Assembly (NCBI GenBank): GCA_048939625.1
Contig: JBHLPH010000014.1
Coordinates: forward strand, 1 to 54,526
Reading direction: 5' to 3'
Length of the DNA: 54,526 nt
Origin: Promethearchaeota archaeon
GTDB lineage: Archaea; Asgardarchaeota; Hermodarchaeia; Hermodarchaeales; Hermodarchaeaceae
Shown here piece after piece: positions 30,406-39,671 of the stretch. Position 1 is the stretch's first letter; each line of letters begins with the position of its first letter. The notes under the pieces were generated by a model. That model saw nothing but the letters and a program-made list of their open reading frames with translations, made no database searches and had not been told where the DNA came from. A program made the translations under genes and the position numbers.

Positions 30406-30837
30406 TCAAAGACTCTCTTTCTTAGGCTTCGAAGTTTTCGGTGTCTCTGGAATCATTTCCCACTCTTCACGTAAGATTTCATACCGCATATCATCTACAC
30501 GAATTTCGGAATACAGTTCAAGGGCCTCAGCAAGAGCTTGAGCCAAGATGTGGTAGCATACATCGACTTTGCGTTTGACTATTACGTTGATATAGAAATC
30601 CTCACAGTCACAGTATAATTGGGATAAAACGCGATAATCCCGTGATTTACCAACGACCACCCAGGCCTCTCTACCACTCGGTTCGAATACATATTTCTTC
30701 ACTAAATCCTGGGCTACTGCTTGAAGCGCCTTCCAGAATCTATCTCCACATTGCTGTGTTAGCGTAAGAAGATCAGAACCAGAGATAGCACGTTGTTTTT
30801 TGATGGCGTTGAGGGTACTATCAAATTCATCATTCAT
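30406..30837 (-). CDS. SWIM zinc-finger protein
   Basis: WVVVG....Y and YCDCEDF...CYHILA. Confidence 0.85.
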   Translation of the reverse strand: MNDEFDSTLNAIKKQRAISGSDLLTLTQQCGDRFWKALQAVAQDLVKKYVFEPSGREAWVVVGKSRDYRVLSQLYCDCEDFYINVIVKRKVDVCYHILAQALAEALELYSEIRVDDMRYEILREEWEMIPETPKTSKPKKESL

Positions 30838-30901
30838 TGCTACACAAATCATTAATCATAAAGAAAAAAATACCTATCGGGTCTAGAAGTACTGACTAAG
30901 A

Positions 30902-31738
30902 ATGCACCTAAAGCTAATACAAAATTCGCCTGCGCTTCTACTTGAAGAGGGCACTCGGCGTGTGTTAATTGTTGGAGACCTACATATTGGATATGAGCGA
31001 ACGCTCTTTAAGCAAGAGTATTATTCCTCAAATATAGGAACACGAATTATCAAAGAGTTTGAACAACTCGTTGCGGATATTGAACCCAGCGAAGTTATTA
31101 TCCTAGGTGATTTGAAGCACTCAATTCGGAATTTTTCAACACAGGAATTCCAGCAAATTGCACAATTACTAGCCCACCTTCAGCAACAAGCAGCCGTTAC
31201 GATTATCCGGGGAAACCATGACGCAGATTTAGATTTGGTTATTCCCGACAACACACAGCTCATTTCTGCGGCAGGCTTTTCTCTTAAATTCAAATCACGG
31301 CAAATATATCTCTTACATGGTCATGCCATTCCCTCAGCGGAGATTCTTTCTTGCGACAGTCTCATTATGGGACACATTCATCCAGCCATCTCAATTTCAC
31401 AAATGAAGAATAAATTCACTACACACAGGGTCTGGGTGAAAACAAACTGGAAACCAACCATCATTGATGCGGTGAAGAATTGGATAGGCGAAGACACTTT
31501 TCAAAATCCTGAAGTGGAACAGCAATTTCTCCAAATGAATATCCTTGTAATCCCAGCGTACCTGAATCTGTTACGAGGACATATACTAAATGAGGACTCG
31601 CCAACGGCACATCTAGGGACGCCTCTCTTTCGCCATTTATCGTTAGATGACGCAGAAATTGTTATGCTTGATCATACACCCTTAGGAACTCTCAAGGAAC
31701 TGAAAAAAGAAAAAGACAAACACAAAGAAACATTTTAG
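30902..31738 (+). CDS. metallophosphoesterase (Lhr-associated MPE type)
   Basis: DLHIG.E, GDLKH, GNHD, HGH, GH.HP and IPAY. Confidence 0.88.
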   Translation: MHLKLIQNSPALLLEEGTRRVLIVGDLHIGYERTLFKQEYYSSNIGTRIIKEFEQLVADIEPSEVIILGDLKHSIRNFSTQEFQQIAQLLAHLQQQAAVTIIRGNHDADLDLVIPDNTQLISAAGFSLKFKSRQIYLLHGHAIPSAEILSCDSLIMGHIHPAISISQMKNKFTTHRVWVKTNWKPTIIDAVKNWIGEDTFQNPEVEQQFLQMNILVIPAYLNLLRGHILNEDSPTAHLGTPLFRHLSLDDAEIVMLDHTPLGTLKELKKEKDKHKETF

Positions 31739-31765
31739 AGTTAAGTTATGGTATCCAGCACTTGT

Positions 31766-31966
31766 GGGCCGATGGTCTAGATTTTCAGGAAATAGTTTTC
31801 CTGATCTAGTTTGGTATTGGAAGCAGGACAAGTTCCTGTGAACCACTAAAGATTCGCGGTTCGGGACCATGGTAGAATCCGAAATATCATGGCGGATATC
31901 CGTGAGATCCGGGGTTCAAAACCAGCTGAAACGCATCGGTTGGAGAAAATCCCCGTCGGCCCACCA
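31766..31966 (+). tRNA. tRNA-Pro(CGG) with four predicted introns
   Basis: Acceptor GGGCCGA/TCGGCCC-A-CCA; anticodon CGG at 31862-31864. Removing ~31783-31811, ~31818-31848, 31866-31898 and 31921-31949 leaves a 79-nt cloverleaf. Confidence 0.85.
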
Positions 31967-32049
31967 TTTTTATCCAAGGTAATTTAGAAAAAATTCGTCA
32001 GTCACCGTAATATTCGTAAAATTCCGTAAAGCACTTAAAGTATAATGAG

Positions 32050-32799
32050 GTGGCTGTAGCTATGCCTGTAGCGTCGCAAGTCAGACAACGTCTTGCTCGA
32101 CGCATAGCGGGTGAAATTTCATTATCTGAAAACCCTGGGCGTATTATGCGGAAATGGCGTGAGATGTTTCATATTCCGCAAATCGAATTGGCTGAAGCAT
32201 TGAAAGTGTCTCCTTCGGTGATCAGTGATTACGAAAGTGGTCGCCGACAATCGCCAGGAACTAAAACCATCAAACGTTTCGTTGAAACTATCATTACGTT
32301 AGATGTACAAAATGGTGGTCAAGTCGTAAAAGCCTTCCAGCGTATGATGGGAGTGGAAATCCCGACTAATATTATCTTAGACATTAGCGAGTTTAGTCAC
32401 GGAATTGCGATTAATGATTTTTTAGAAACTGTCCGTGGACAAATGATAGTTGGTGATGAACAACTAGACCGTGAGGTGTTAGGGTATCTAATTGTGGATA
32501 CATCAGAAGCCTTAGATGTTCTCTCTAGCACGGGTTTTGTCAAATTGTTTGAGGCAACGGAAGATCGGGTGCTGATTTTAGTTAATGTGTCAACTGGTCG
32601 ATCTCCATTGGTTGCGATGAAAGGTCCGATTAAGCCAAGTCTTTTTGTACTACATGGCGTAGAACAAATCGATTACCTCGCAATGGAACTGGCCAACCGA
32701 GAGAAGGTTCCCTTAGCAATTTCACGATTAGAATCTGTTAACGGGATGATGCGAAAACTGCAAAATTACCGAAAACAGGCAATGAAGGAAAAGCAGTAA
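32050..32799 (+). CDS. XRE-type HTH transcriptional regulator (conserved archaeal family)
   Basis: IAGEI.LS..PG...RKWRE.F...Q.ELA..L..SPSVISDYE.GRR.SPG and VSTGRSP.VA. Confidence 0.88.
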   Translation: MAVAMPVASQVRQRLARRIAGEISLSENPGRIMRKWREMFHIPQIELAEALKVSPSVISDYESGRRQSPGTKTIKRFVETIITLDVQNGGQVVKAFQRMMGVEIPTNIILDISEFSHGIAINDFLETVRGQMIVGDEQLDREVLGYLIVDTSEALDVLSSTGFVKLFEATEDRVLILVNVSTGRSPLVAMKGPIKPSLFVLHGVEQIDYLAMELANREKVPLAISRLESVNGMMRKLQNYRKQAMKEKQ

Positions 32800-32811
32800 T
32801 TGGGTGAAAGA

Positions 32812-33135
32812 ATGACTGATAAAATTGCAATAATTGGTGACACTGACACTGTTGTAGGTTTTCGTCTCGCAGGAATATTAAATTCGAATATCCCGTCTAA
32901 TGCTTCTGAAACCCGTCAGGCTATGCTGAATTTCTCTCAAGACCAGAATATTTCCATTATCATTATCACGGAACCACTCGCAGAGTATATCCGCGAAACA
33001 ATCGAAGAGCTTTCTGAACGACCCTATCCAGTAATTGTTGAAATTCCGGATAAAACGGGTCGGCTCGAAGGAAAGGAGAGCCCCGTTCGCCGATTAGTAA
33101 AACGTGCAATCGGTGTCGAACTCGAAGGATTTTGA
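32812..33135 (+). CDS. atpF: A/V-type ATP synthase subunit F
   Basis: IAIIGD.DTV.GFRLAG, P.IVEIP and V.RAIG. Confidence 0.93.
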   Translation: MTDKIAIIGDTDTVVGFRLAGILNSNIPSNASETRQAMLNFSQDQNISIIIITEPLAEYIRETIEELSERPYPVIVEIPDKTGRLEGKESPVRRLVKRAIGVELEGF

Positions 33136-33221
33136 AACATCCGGACTACCATAAGAATTTTAACAACAGAACATAGCTGATACAGAACCCAGAATCGATA
33201 CTCTCAGACAGGCGGTTGAGA

Positions 33222-34997
33222 ATGACTACACGAATCGGAACCATTCAAAGAATCGCAGGACCTCTTATCGAAGCAGACGGACTACTTGGCGTAACCATGT
33301 TTGAAGTCTGTCGAGTAGGAAAAGAGGAACTGATTGGGGAAGTGAACCGAATCGTCGGTGACCGAGCCTTCATTCAAGTCTATGAAGAAACTTCTGGATT
33401 GAAGCCGGGCGAAACGGTTGTCGCCACAGGAACCTCACTCGACGTAGAACTGGGACCAGGACTAGTAGGATCCATTTTTGACGGAATTCAACGTCCCCTT
33501 CCAAGTATCAAGGATCAGGTAGGCGACTTCATCACTAGAGGGGTTACAGCAGATCCATTACCGGTTGATAAGAAATGGACCTTCAAACCCACGGTAGAGA
33601 AAGGAGCAACTGTCACACAAGGGGATGTGCTAGGAACTGTTCAGGAAACCAGTGTATTTCTTCACAAGATTCTTGTTCCACCTGGAATCGAAGGAAAAAT
33701 TACCAGTATAGTTAATGAAGGAGACTATACGATTCGAGAAGTCATCGCCCAAATTCAAACCGCCTCAGGCAAAGAAGATCTCAAACTTACGCAGAGATGG
33801 CCTGTACGAATTGGTCGCCCGTATAAAACAAAAATCGGAACAGAAGTTCCTCTCTACACAGGACAACGCGTTATCGACACATTCTTTCCAGTAGCAAAAG
33901 GAGGCACAGGTGCAATTCCGGGCGGGTTTGGCACTGGAAAAACGGTTACACTTCATCAACTGGCCAAATGGGCAGATGCTGAGATAATTGTGTATGTTGG
34001 GTGTGGTGAACGAGGCAACGAAATGACCGAGGTACTCGAAGACTTTCCTAAACTAAAGGACCCTAAAAGTGGAAAATCCCTAATGGAACGAACACTCCTT
34101 GTAGCTAACACAAGTAATATGCCCGTTGCAGCCCGTGAAGCCTCCATATATACTGGAATTACACTTGCCGAATATTTCCGGGACCAAGGATACAACGTCG
34201 CTCTGATGGCTGATAGTACCTCACGTTGGGCTGAAGCCCTCCGAGAGATTTCTGGACGATTAGAAGAAATGCCTGGTGAAGAAGGGTACCCTGCATATCT
34301 AGGAAGTCGACTGGCTGATTTCTATGAACGAGCAGGACGAGTCAAGACACTAGGAACTGATGACCGAGTTGGAAGCGTCACCGTAACCGGAGCTGTTTCT
34401 CCGGCTGGAGGTGACTTTTCAGAACCTGTCACTCAGTCAACCTTACGTATTACGAAGGTCTTTTGGGCGTTGGACAAAGACATGGCTTCCAGGCGGTTCT
34501 TCCCAGCAATCAATTATCTACAAAGCTATTCGTTATACAAAGATGAATTAATTCCCTGGTATTCACAGAATATGGGCAGTGACTGGCCTGAACTTACCGA
34601 GGAATCACTTTCTATTTTACAACGTGACAAAGAACTCCGTGAGATTGTCCAGCTTGTGGGTCCAGATGCTTTACCAGAGCGTGAACGTGCAATCTTGGAA
34701 GCCGCACGTATGGTCAAAGAGGATTATCTGATGCAATCAGCGCTTCATCCGATTGATACCTACTGCCCTGAATCGAAGAGCTATTGGATGCTTAAAATTA
34801 TCATGAACTTTTGGCAACGCATGCGCCAAGCGATTGATGATGGCATCCCGCTTCGACGTATCATTGCTCTCCCTGTTGTTGGTAAGATTGCACGGATGAA
34901 AGTTCAGCCCCACGATGACCAAAATGCTATGCAGCAGTACTTTAAGGACTTAGAAAACGAAATCAACAACGAATTTATCTCCATTGAGGCAAATTAG
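33222..34997 (+). CDS. atpA: A/V-type ATP synthase subunit A
   Basis: [29 protein letters not shown] and [12 protein letters not shown]; no intein. Confidence 0.97.
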   Translation: MTTRIGTIQRIAGPLIEADGLLGVTMFEVCRVGKEELIGEVNRIVGDRAFIQVYEETSGLKPGETVVATGTSLDVELGPGLVGSIFDGIQRPLPSIKDQVGDFITRGVTADPLPVDKKWTFKPTVEKGATVTQGDVLGTVQETSVFLHKILVPPGIEGKITSIVNEGDYTIREVIAQIQTASGKEDLKLTQRWPVRIGRPYKTKIGTEVPLYTGQRVIDTFFPVAKGGTGAIPGGFGTGKTVTLHQLAKWADAEIIVYVGCGERGNEMTEVLEDFPKLKDPKSGKSLMERTLLVANTSNMPVAAREASIYTGITLAEYFRDQGYNVALMADSTSRWAEALREISGRLEEMPGEEGYPAYLGSRLADFYERAGRVKTLGTDDRVGSVTVTGAVSPAGGDFSEPVTQSTLRITKVFWALDKDMASRRFFPAINYLQSYSLYKDELIPWYSQNMGSDWPELTEESLSILQRDKELREIVQLVGPDALPERERAILEAARMVKEDYLMQSALHPIDTYCPESKSYWMLKIIMNFWQRMRQAIDDGIPLRRIIALPVVGKIARMKVQPHDDQNAMQQYFKDLENEINNEFISIEAN

Positions 34998-35067
34998 ATA
35001 CACTATCAATCTCAAGTTTCTAATACTTGAGAACCATTCTTCCTTTCAGGGGAAAAGGCGTATCACA

Positions 35068-36060
35068 ATGATAGATGAAACCCGGAAGGTAACACAATGG
35101 GGAAAAAGCAAAACCCTTGTTGTAAGCTTACCGCGTCGTTGGATAAAGAAATTCGGTATTGAACCAGATTCTCAGCTACATATTCAGGAGGGACCAGAAG
35201 GTGCACTCCGTATTACTCCGATGCAAATGTCTGAAACACCTTCTGAGAAAGTTGCGACCGTTCGTCTTCTGGAACAGGATGAATTGACTCTCACAACGAT
35301 ACTTCAGACGTATTATATTGTTGGGTATGATCAGCTAACGATTGAAAGTAGCCGCCGTTTGAATGAAGCTGTTCGAAAGACGGTGACAAAAATCGTAAAT
35401 CAACTACCTGGCTTCGAAATTTTAGAAGGCACAGATCGACGAATTGTGATAAAAGGAGTCAGTGTGATTCGCGGGCAAGATATTATGGAATTTGTAAAGA
35501 TGAGTGGACGTGCTACCATCGAGAGTATCATGACACTGATTTCAGGTTTGAGTGCAGGTCCGGATGAAACCGCTCGCGTGGCAAATGAGTTAATCAGTGA
35601 AGAGTGGCGTCAACGAGGCAATTATTTGAGAGCGCAACGTGCACTAAGGAAAGCTATGAGTATCCGGCCACCAGGTTTCACACTTGAAATGGCAGACATC
35701 TTTGATACTTCGTATTTTGTGCTTCAATTAAGCAGCATTCATGATAATACCCACCATATCGCAGAGGCTTTGACCCGCCGGCAACCACCAGCTGACCAAA
35801 ACAAACTCGCTGTCGCCGCATTAACCAAGGTGCATGATAACCTCAAAAAGGCTATTTCAGCCTTCCTTCAGCGAAACCAGGAAATGGTCCGTCAAGTCTT
35901 AGGCGAACTTCCACTGTTACGTCAATGGAAACGTCAAACTGAAACCATCGTTGACGTGATGCGTGATTCTGTTATTACCCAGATAATATTGGATCGAATG
36001 GAGGAAATGTTAGCTTATAATGGCGGAATCGCAAAAACTGCTTTACTACTTAAAACCTAA
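35068..36060 (+). CDS. AbrB-PhoU family regulator (divergent)
   Basis: ETRKV...G..TLVVSLP..W, Y..GYD, L.GFEI.E and PhoU-like helical repeats. Confidence 0.8.
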   Translation: MIDETRKVTQWGKSKTLVVSLPRRWIKKFGIEPDSQLHIQEGPEGALRITPMQMSETPSEKVATVRLLEQDELTLTTILQTYYIVGYDQLTIESSRRLNEAVRKTVTKIVNQLPGFEILEGTDRRIVIKGVSVIRGQDIMEFVKMSGRATIESIMTLISGLSAGPDETARVANELISEEWRQRGNYLRAQRALRKAMSIRPPGFTLEMADIFDTSYFVLQLSSIHDNTHHIAEALTRRQPPADQNKLAVAALTKVHDNLKKAISAFLQRNQEMVRQVLGELPLLRQWKRQTETIVDVMRDSVITQIILDRMEEMLAYNGGIAKTALLLKT

Positions 36061-36090
36061 TAGCTTTCAAAGTTTCTCCAAAACTGAGTA

Positions 36091-36131
36091 TTTTGTTATT
36101 TTTTTTCTTGTCTCAAAGGAAGGCTTAAAAG
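36091..36131 (+). promoter_or_regulatory. T-rich terminator-like tract followed by a BRE/TATA-like element upstream of atpB
   Basis: TTTTGTTATTTTTTTTCTT followed by GGAAAGGCTTAAAA. Similar purine-rich plus TTTAA/TTTTTA motifs occur at ~23494, ~39616 and ~43288. Confidence 0.45.
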
Positions 36132-36202
36132 TTGCACAAGCCTAGTGACCGAAGCCCGATAGCTTTGAAATCGAAGCAGTCAGATACGTGAGGCTATATC
36201 AA

Positions 36203-37636
36203 ATGACTGAAAGACAAGCTACATCATTGAAGCCCACCTACCAAACAGTTACCACCGTGACTGGTCCCCTTCTTATTCTCGATAAGGTTAGTGACGTTGC
36301 CTATAATGAGCTAGTCGAAGTCACAGCTCCAGATGGCTCTATTCGCCGAGGAACTGTATTAGAGGCAATGAGTGGGCGCGCAATTGTACAGGTGTTTGAA
36401 GGAACTCGAGGTCTGGACACAAAATCTACGCGTGTTCGTCTCACAGGTGAAACGATGAAAACCCCTGTAACCAGTGACCTCTTAGGTCGGATTCTCAATG
36501 GATCTGGAACTCCAATTGACCGCGGACCACCTATTGTTCCTGATGAAGAGCTGGACTTAAATGGTGCACCAATGAACCCTGATGCTCGCCAATATCCTCG
36601 TGAATTCATCCAAACTGGATTAAGTGTTATCGATGGGCTCAATACACTTGTCAGGGGACAGAAGCTTCCCATTTTCAGTGGTTCAGGACTTCCTCATGAC
36701 CGTGTAGCCGCACAAATTACCCGTCAAGCGCAGATTCCTGGGAAAGAGGAGCAATTTGCAGTAATTCTGTGTGCCATCGGAATCACAGCGGAAACCGCTC
36801 AATTCTATATGAAAAACCTAGAGGAAACCGGAGCATTAGCAACAAGTGTCCTTGTATTGAACCTTGCTGATGATCCGCCAATCGAGCGCATCATCACACC
36901 ACGAACCGCCCTCACCATCGCCGAATATTTAGCTTTCGAACAGAACATGCACGTCCTAGTCATTCTTACAGACATGCTTAACTATGCTAATGCGCTCCGT
37001 GAGATTTCTGCAGCTCGGGAAGAAGTGCCTGGTCGACGGGGATACCCTGGATACCTCTACACTGACCTTTCATCAATTTACGAACGCGCGGGACGCATTA
37101 TCGGAAGAAACGGTACCATCACCCAGATGCCCATCCTTACAATGCCTGGTGATGACATAACCCATCCTGTCGCTGATTTGACTGGTTACATTACTGAAGG
37201 TCAGCTCATTACCAGCCGATCCCTACATAATAAGGGCATTTATCCACCGATTGATCCTGCACCAAGTCTCAGTCGGCTCATGAAAGAAGGAATTGGGGAA
37301 GGTCACACTCGTGCAGATCACAACGAAGTCCAAGCCCAGCTATATTATGCAGCCAGCGAGGGCTCAGATCTCCGCGATCTTGTAGCAGTCGTTGGTGAAG
37401 GCGCTTTGTCAGATCGAGACCGAGTTTATCTTAGTTTTATCGAAACTTTCGAACAGCAGTTTCTCAACCAAGGCGAGTTTGAAGAACGCACCATCGAACA
37501 GACCCTTGACCTTGGCTGGGAGATGCTTTCACGATTCCCCGAGCGTGAGCTCAAACGAATTGATCCCGAAACCATTGAGCAGGCGAAAAACAAACAACTG
37601 TATCGTTATACATCATCTGCAAGTGAAACTAATTAA
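36203..37636 (+). CDS. atpB: A/V-type ATP synthase subunit B
   Basis: [41 protein letters not shown] and TGYITEGQ. Confidence 0.97.
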   Translation: MTERQATSLKPTYQTVTTVTGPLLILDKVSDVAYNELVEVTAPDGSIRRGTVLEAMSGRAIVQVFEGTRGLDTKSTRVRLTGETMKTPVTSDLLGRILNGSGTPIDRGPPIVPDEELDLNGAPMNPDARQYPREFIQTGLSVIDGLNTLVRGQKLPIFSGSGLPHDRVAAQITRQAQIPGKEEQFAVILCAIGITAETAQFYMKNLEETGALATSVLVLNLADDPPIERIITPRTALTIAEYLAFEQNMHVLVILTDMLNYANALREISAAREEVPGRRGYPGYLYTDLSSIYERAGRIIGRNGTITQMPILTMPGDDITHPVADLTGYITEGQLITSRSLHNKGIYPPIDPAPSLSRLMKEGIGEGHTRADHNEVQAQLYYAASEGSDLRDLVAVVGEGALSDRDRVYLSFIETFEQQFLNQGEFEERTIEQTLDLGWEMLSRFPERELKRIDPETIEQAKNKQLYRYTSSASETN

Positions 37637-37704
37637 TTCTCATTTTTCACGAAGAATGGGAAATCATTTTAGGGAGCAGTAGCCCTTTTTGAAAAATGCC
37701 GTGA

Positions 37705-37839
37705 GCGGCCGTGGTCTAGTGGTTAGGATTTAGGCCTCCCATAGATGGGGTCATCCCTCATCTGGAGACCGCCTATAGCCCGGGTTCAAAAATCCAACTC
37801 GAATTTTGAGTTGGGTGGAAAGTCCCGGCGGCCGCACCA
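37705..37839 (+). tRNA. tRNA-Gly(CCC) with two introns (37/38 and 59/60)
   Basis: GCGGCCG/CGGCCGC-A-CCA; anticodon CCC at 37738-37740; hairpin introns at 37742-37769 and 37791-37822. Confidence 0.92.
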
Positions 37840-37887
37840 ATCTCTTTTTCCGAATGCATAAAAGGTAATAGTGCTAAGATGAGTGAA

Positions 37888-37970
37888 GGAGAATGGCAGT
37901 GACGACCTGACCCTTTAGACCCAATCTTAGATTAGGAATGACAAGGATCTTGAGTGCTGAGCCGTTCTCC
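37888..37970 (+). ncRNA. box C/D guide sRNA
   Basis: Terminal stem GGAGAATGGC/GCCGTTCTCC; box C GTGACGA; C' ATGACAA; box D CTGA at 37957-37960; two guide regions complementary to typical tRNA and rRNA segments. Confidence 0.8.
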
Positions 37971-37980
37971 ACCCATTCCA

Positions 37981-38781
37981 TTATTCTTCTGAAGAGATTT
38001 TAGTGCTGTAATGATTGAAGATAGCCATATACATGCATTCCTTGGGAGAAATCGTCATCTCTTTTGGGTGAATCCTGATTTTCGTAAATTTCACAGGTGC
38101 TCCACGCATAATGACAAGGGGCACTTGTTCATCGGCTTCGCCGAACAGTAATTGTGCTGCGGATGCTAGATTGTCGGCTACAGCGGAACGAGTAATGCGC
38201 AGAGGCCGACCAAATAAATCTGGATGCCCGCGAAAATCTTTGATGGCTTCGATTCCAGCAACTGCCACTGCTAATCCTACAGTTCCTAAACGTAGTGGCT
38301 GGGTTCGACTATCTGCGATGATGACGCCCAATTCCAGTTCAGTTTTTTGCTCCAATTCAGTTTTTATTTTCCAGGCAGTTTCTGTTGGGCTAGAGGGCAG
38401 CAAGACAACATGTCCAGCAGGCGCATTAGACCGATCAATACCAGCATTTGCCATGAGAGTATTATCTTTGATAGTGAGGAGAACATGTGGTACTCCTCCA
38501 AGCACCTCATCAGCCTCATCCAGAATAAGTTGAGCTAAGGGAGCTTCGATTTCGTATTGATCTGCCAACCTTTGGGCTTGATTTGATACCTTAACGGTTT
38601 CTAGTTTGCGCATCCGGTTTTGGGCAGTTGCTACAACTGTTTCAGCGATTACCAAAACATCATGCGTTTTCAAGGTAATTTTTAAATCTGATAACGCTGT
38701 GATGATTCGATCAACCAGATTATCACCAGGTTGAATTACTGGTGTTGAAATGCCGATTAACTGCATTCTATTCACACTCAT
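37981..38781 (-). CDS. cofE: CofE-family gamma-glutamyl ligase
   Basis: I.PGD, AE..V, ANAGID.SN, VII.DS...PLR.G and D.LA.AA.L..GE..E..P. Confidence 0.88.
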   Translation of the reverse strand: MSVNRMQLIGISTPVIQPGDNLVDRIITALSDLKITLKTHDVLVIAETVVATAQNRMRKLETVKVSNQAQRLADQYEIEAPLAQLILDEADEVLGGVPHVLLTIKDNTLMANAGIDRSNAPAGHVVLLPSSPTETAWKIKTELEQKTELELGVIIADSRTQPLRLGTVGLAVAVAGIEAIKDFRGHPDLFGRPLRITRSAVADNLASAAQLLFGEADEQVPLVIMRGAPVKFTKIRIHPKEMTISPKECMYMAIFNHYSTKISSEE

Positions 38782-39613
38782 GGGGAGATTGTAGTTCGGC
38801 TACAATCTTAATACAATCTTTACTTGGCCGAACATCATGGGTCCGGAGGACATGAGCACCATTAAGGAGCGCCACCGTAGAAGCCCCAAGGCTACCATAA
38901 AGACGGTCTTTAGGAGACTTGTACCCTAATATTTGACCAATTACGTTTTTCCGAGATATACCAAGTAAAATTGGTTTATTCAAAACGCGGAACATTTTGA
39001 GATTTCGGATAATCTCAAGATCACAGCTTACAGGTTTGCCAAAACCTATACCGGGGTCAATGACTATCTGATTATTTGGGATTCCTTTGTTTTGAGCAAT
39101 TGCAAGGCTTTCTTGTAAAGTTGAAATGATATCTGAAATAGTGGTTCTGTCACCAGGTTGGAATTCGCATGCCATTACGATACAACTAGCCCCCGTATCT
39201 TGGATAGTAGCAGCCATGGACGAGTCAGTCTTCAATCCGGACACGTCGTTAACAATTGACGCTCCTTTTGATAGTGCTACTTGTGCTACGGGGGCGTGCT
39301 GTGTGTCAATCGATATCGGTGTATCCCAATTTTTAGAGATTTGAGTGACGACTGGTTGGATTCGGTGGATTTCCTCAGAAACCGAGATATGAGAGACCCC
39401 GGGAGCTGTAGAAGCCCCACCGATATCTACTATGTCCACCCCCTCCTCGATCATTTTTGACACTGCTAAAATTGCTTGCTTTGGGGATGAAGAGTATGAG
39501 GAAGGATAAAATGATTGAGGATCAAGATTGATAACACCCATTACTGCCACAGGATAATTATCCCCCACATGGACATTACCAAGTCGTGCTTGAACAGGAA
39601 CCATATGTGTCAC
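38768..39613 (-). CDS. folP: dihydropteroate synthase
   Basis: MGVIN..P.SF, DIGG.ST.PG, SIDT, NDVSG, DPGIGFGK, G.SRK and RTHDV. Confidence 0.93.
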   Translation of the reverse strand: MTHMVPVQARLGNVHVGDNYPVAVMGVINLDPQSFYPSSYSSSPKQAILAVSKMIEEGVDIVDIGGASTAPGVSHISVSEEIHRIQPVVTQISKNWDTPISIDTQHAPVAQVALSKGASIVNDVSGLKTDSSMAATIQDTGASCIVMACEFQPGDRTTISDIISTLQESLAIAQNKGIPNNQIVIDPGIGFGKPVSCDLEIIRNLKMFRVLNKPILLGISRKNVIGQILGYKSPKDRLYGSLGASTVALLNGAHVLRTHDVRPSKDCIKIVAELQSPHECE

Positions 39614-39671
39614 CGAAAGCTTAATTCCACGTGCCCAGATAAGAAGTCGACCGTTTTATGAGGTAATTCCG

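Noticed and set aside
34984-35067. N-terminal extension of the PhoU-like ORF overlapping atpA
   Set aside because: Family similarity begins at Met 35068; the extension is an artefact of longest-ORF calling.
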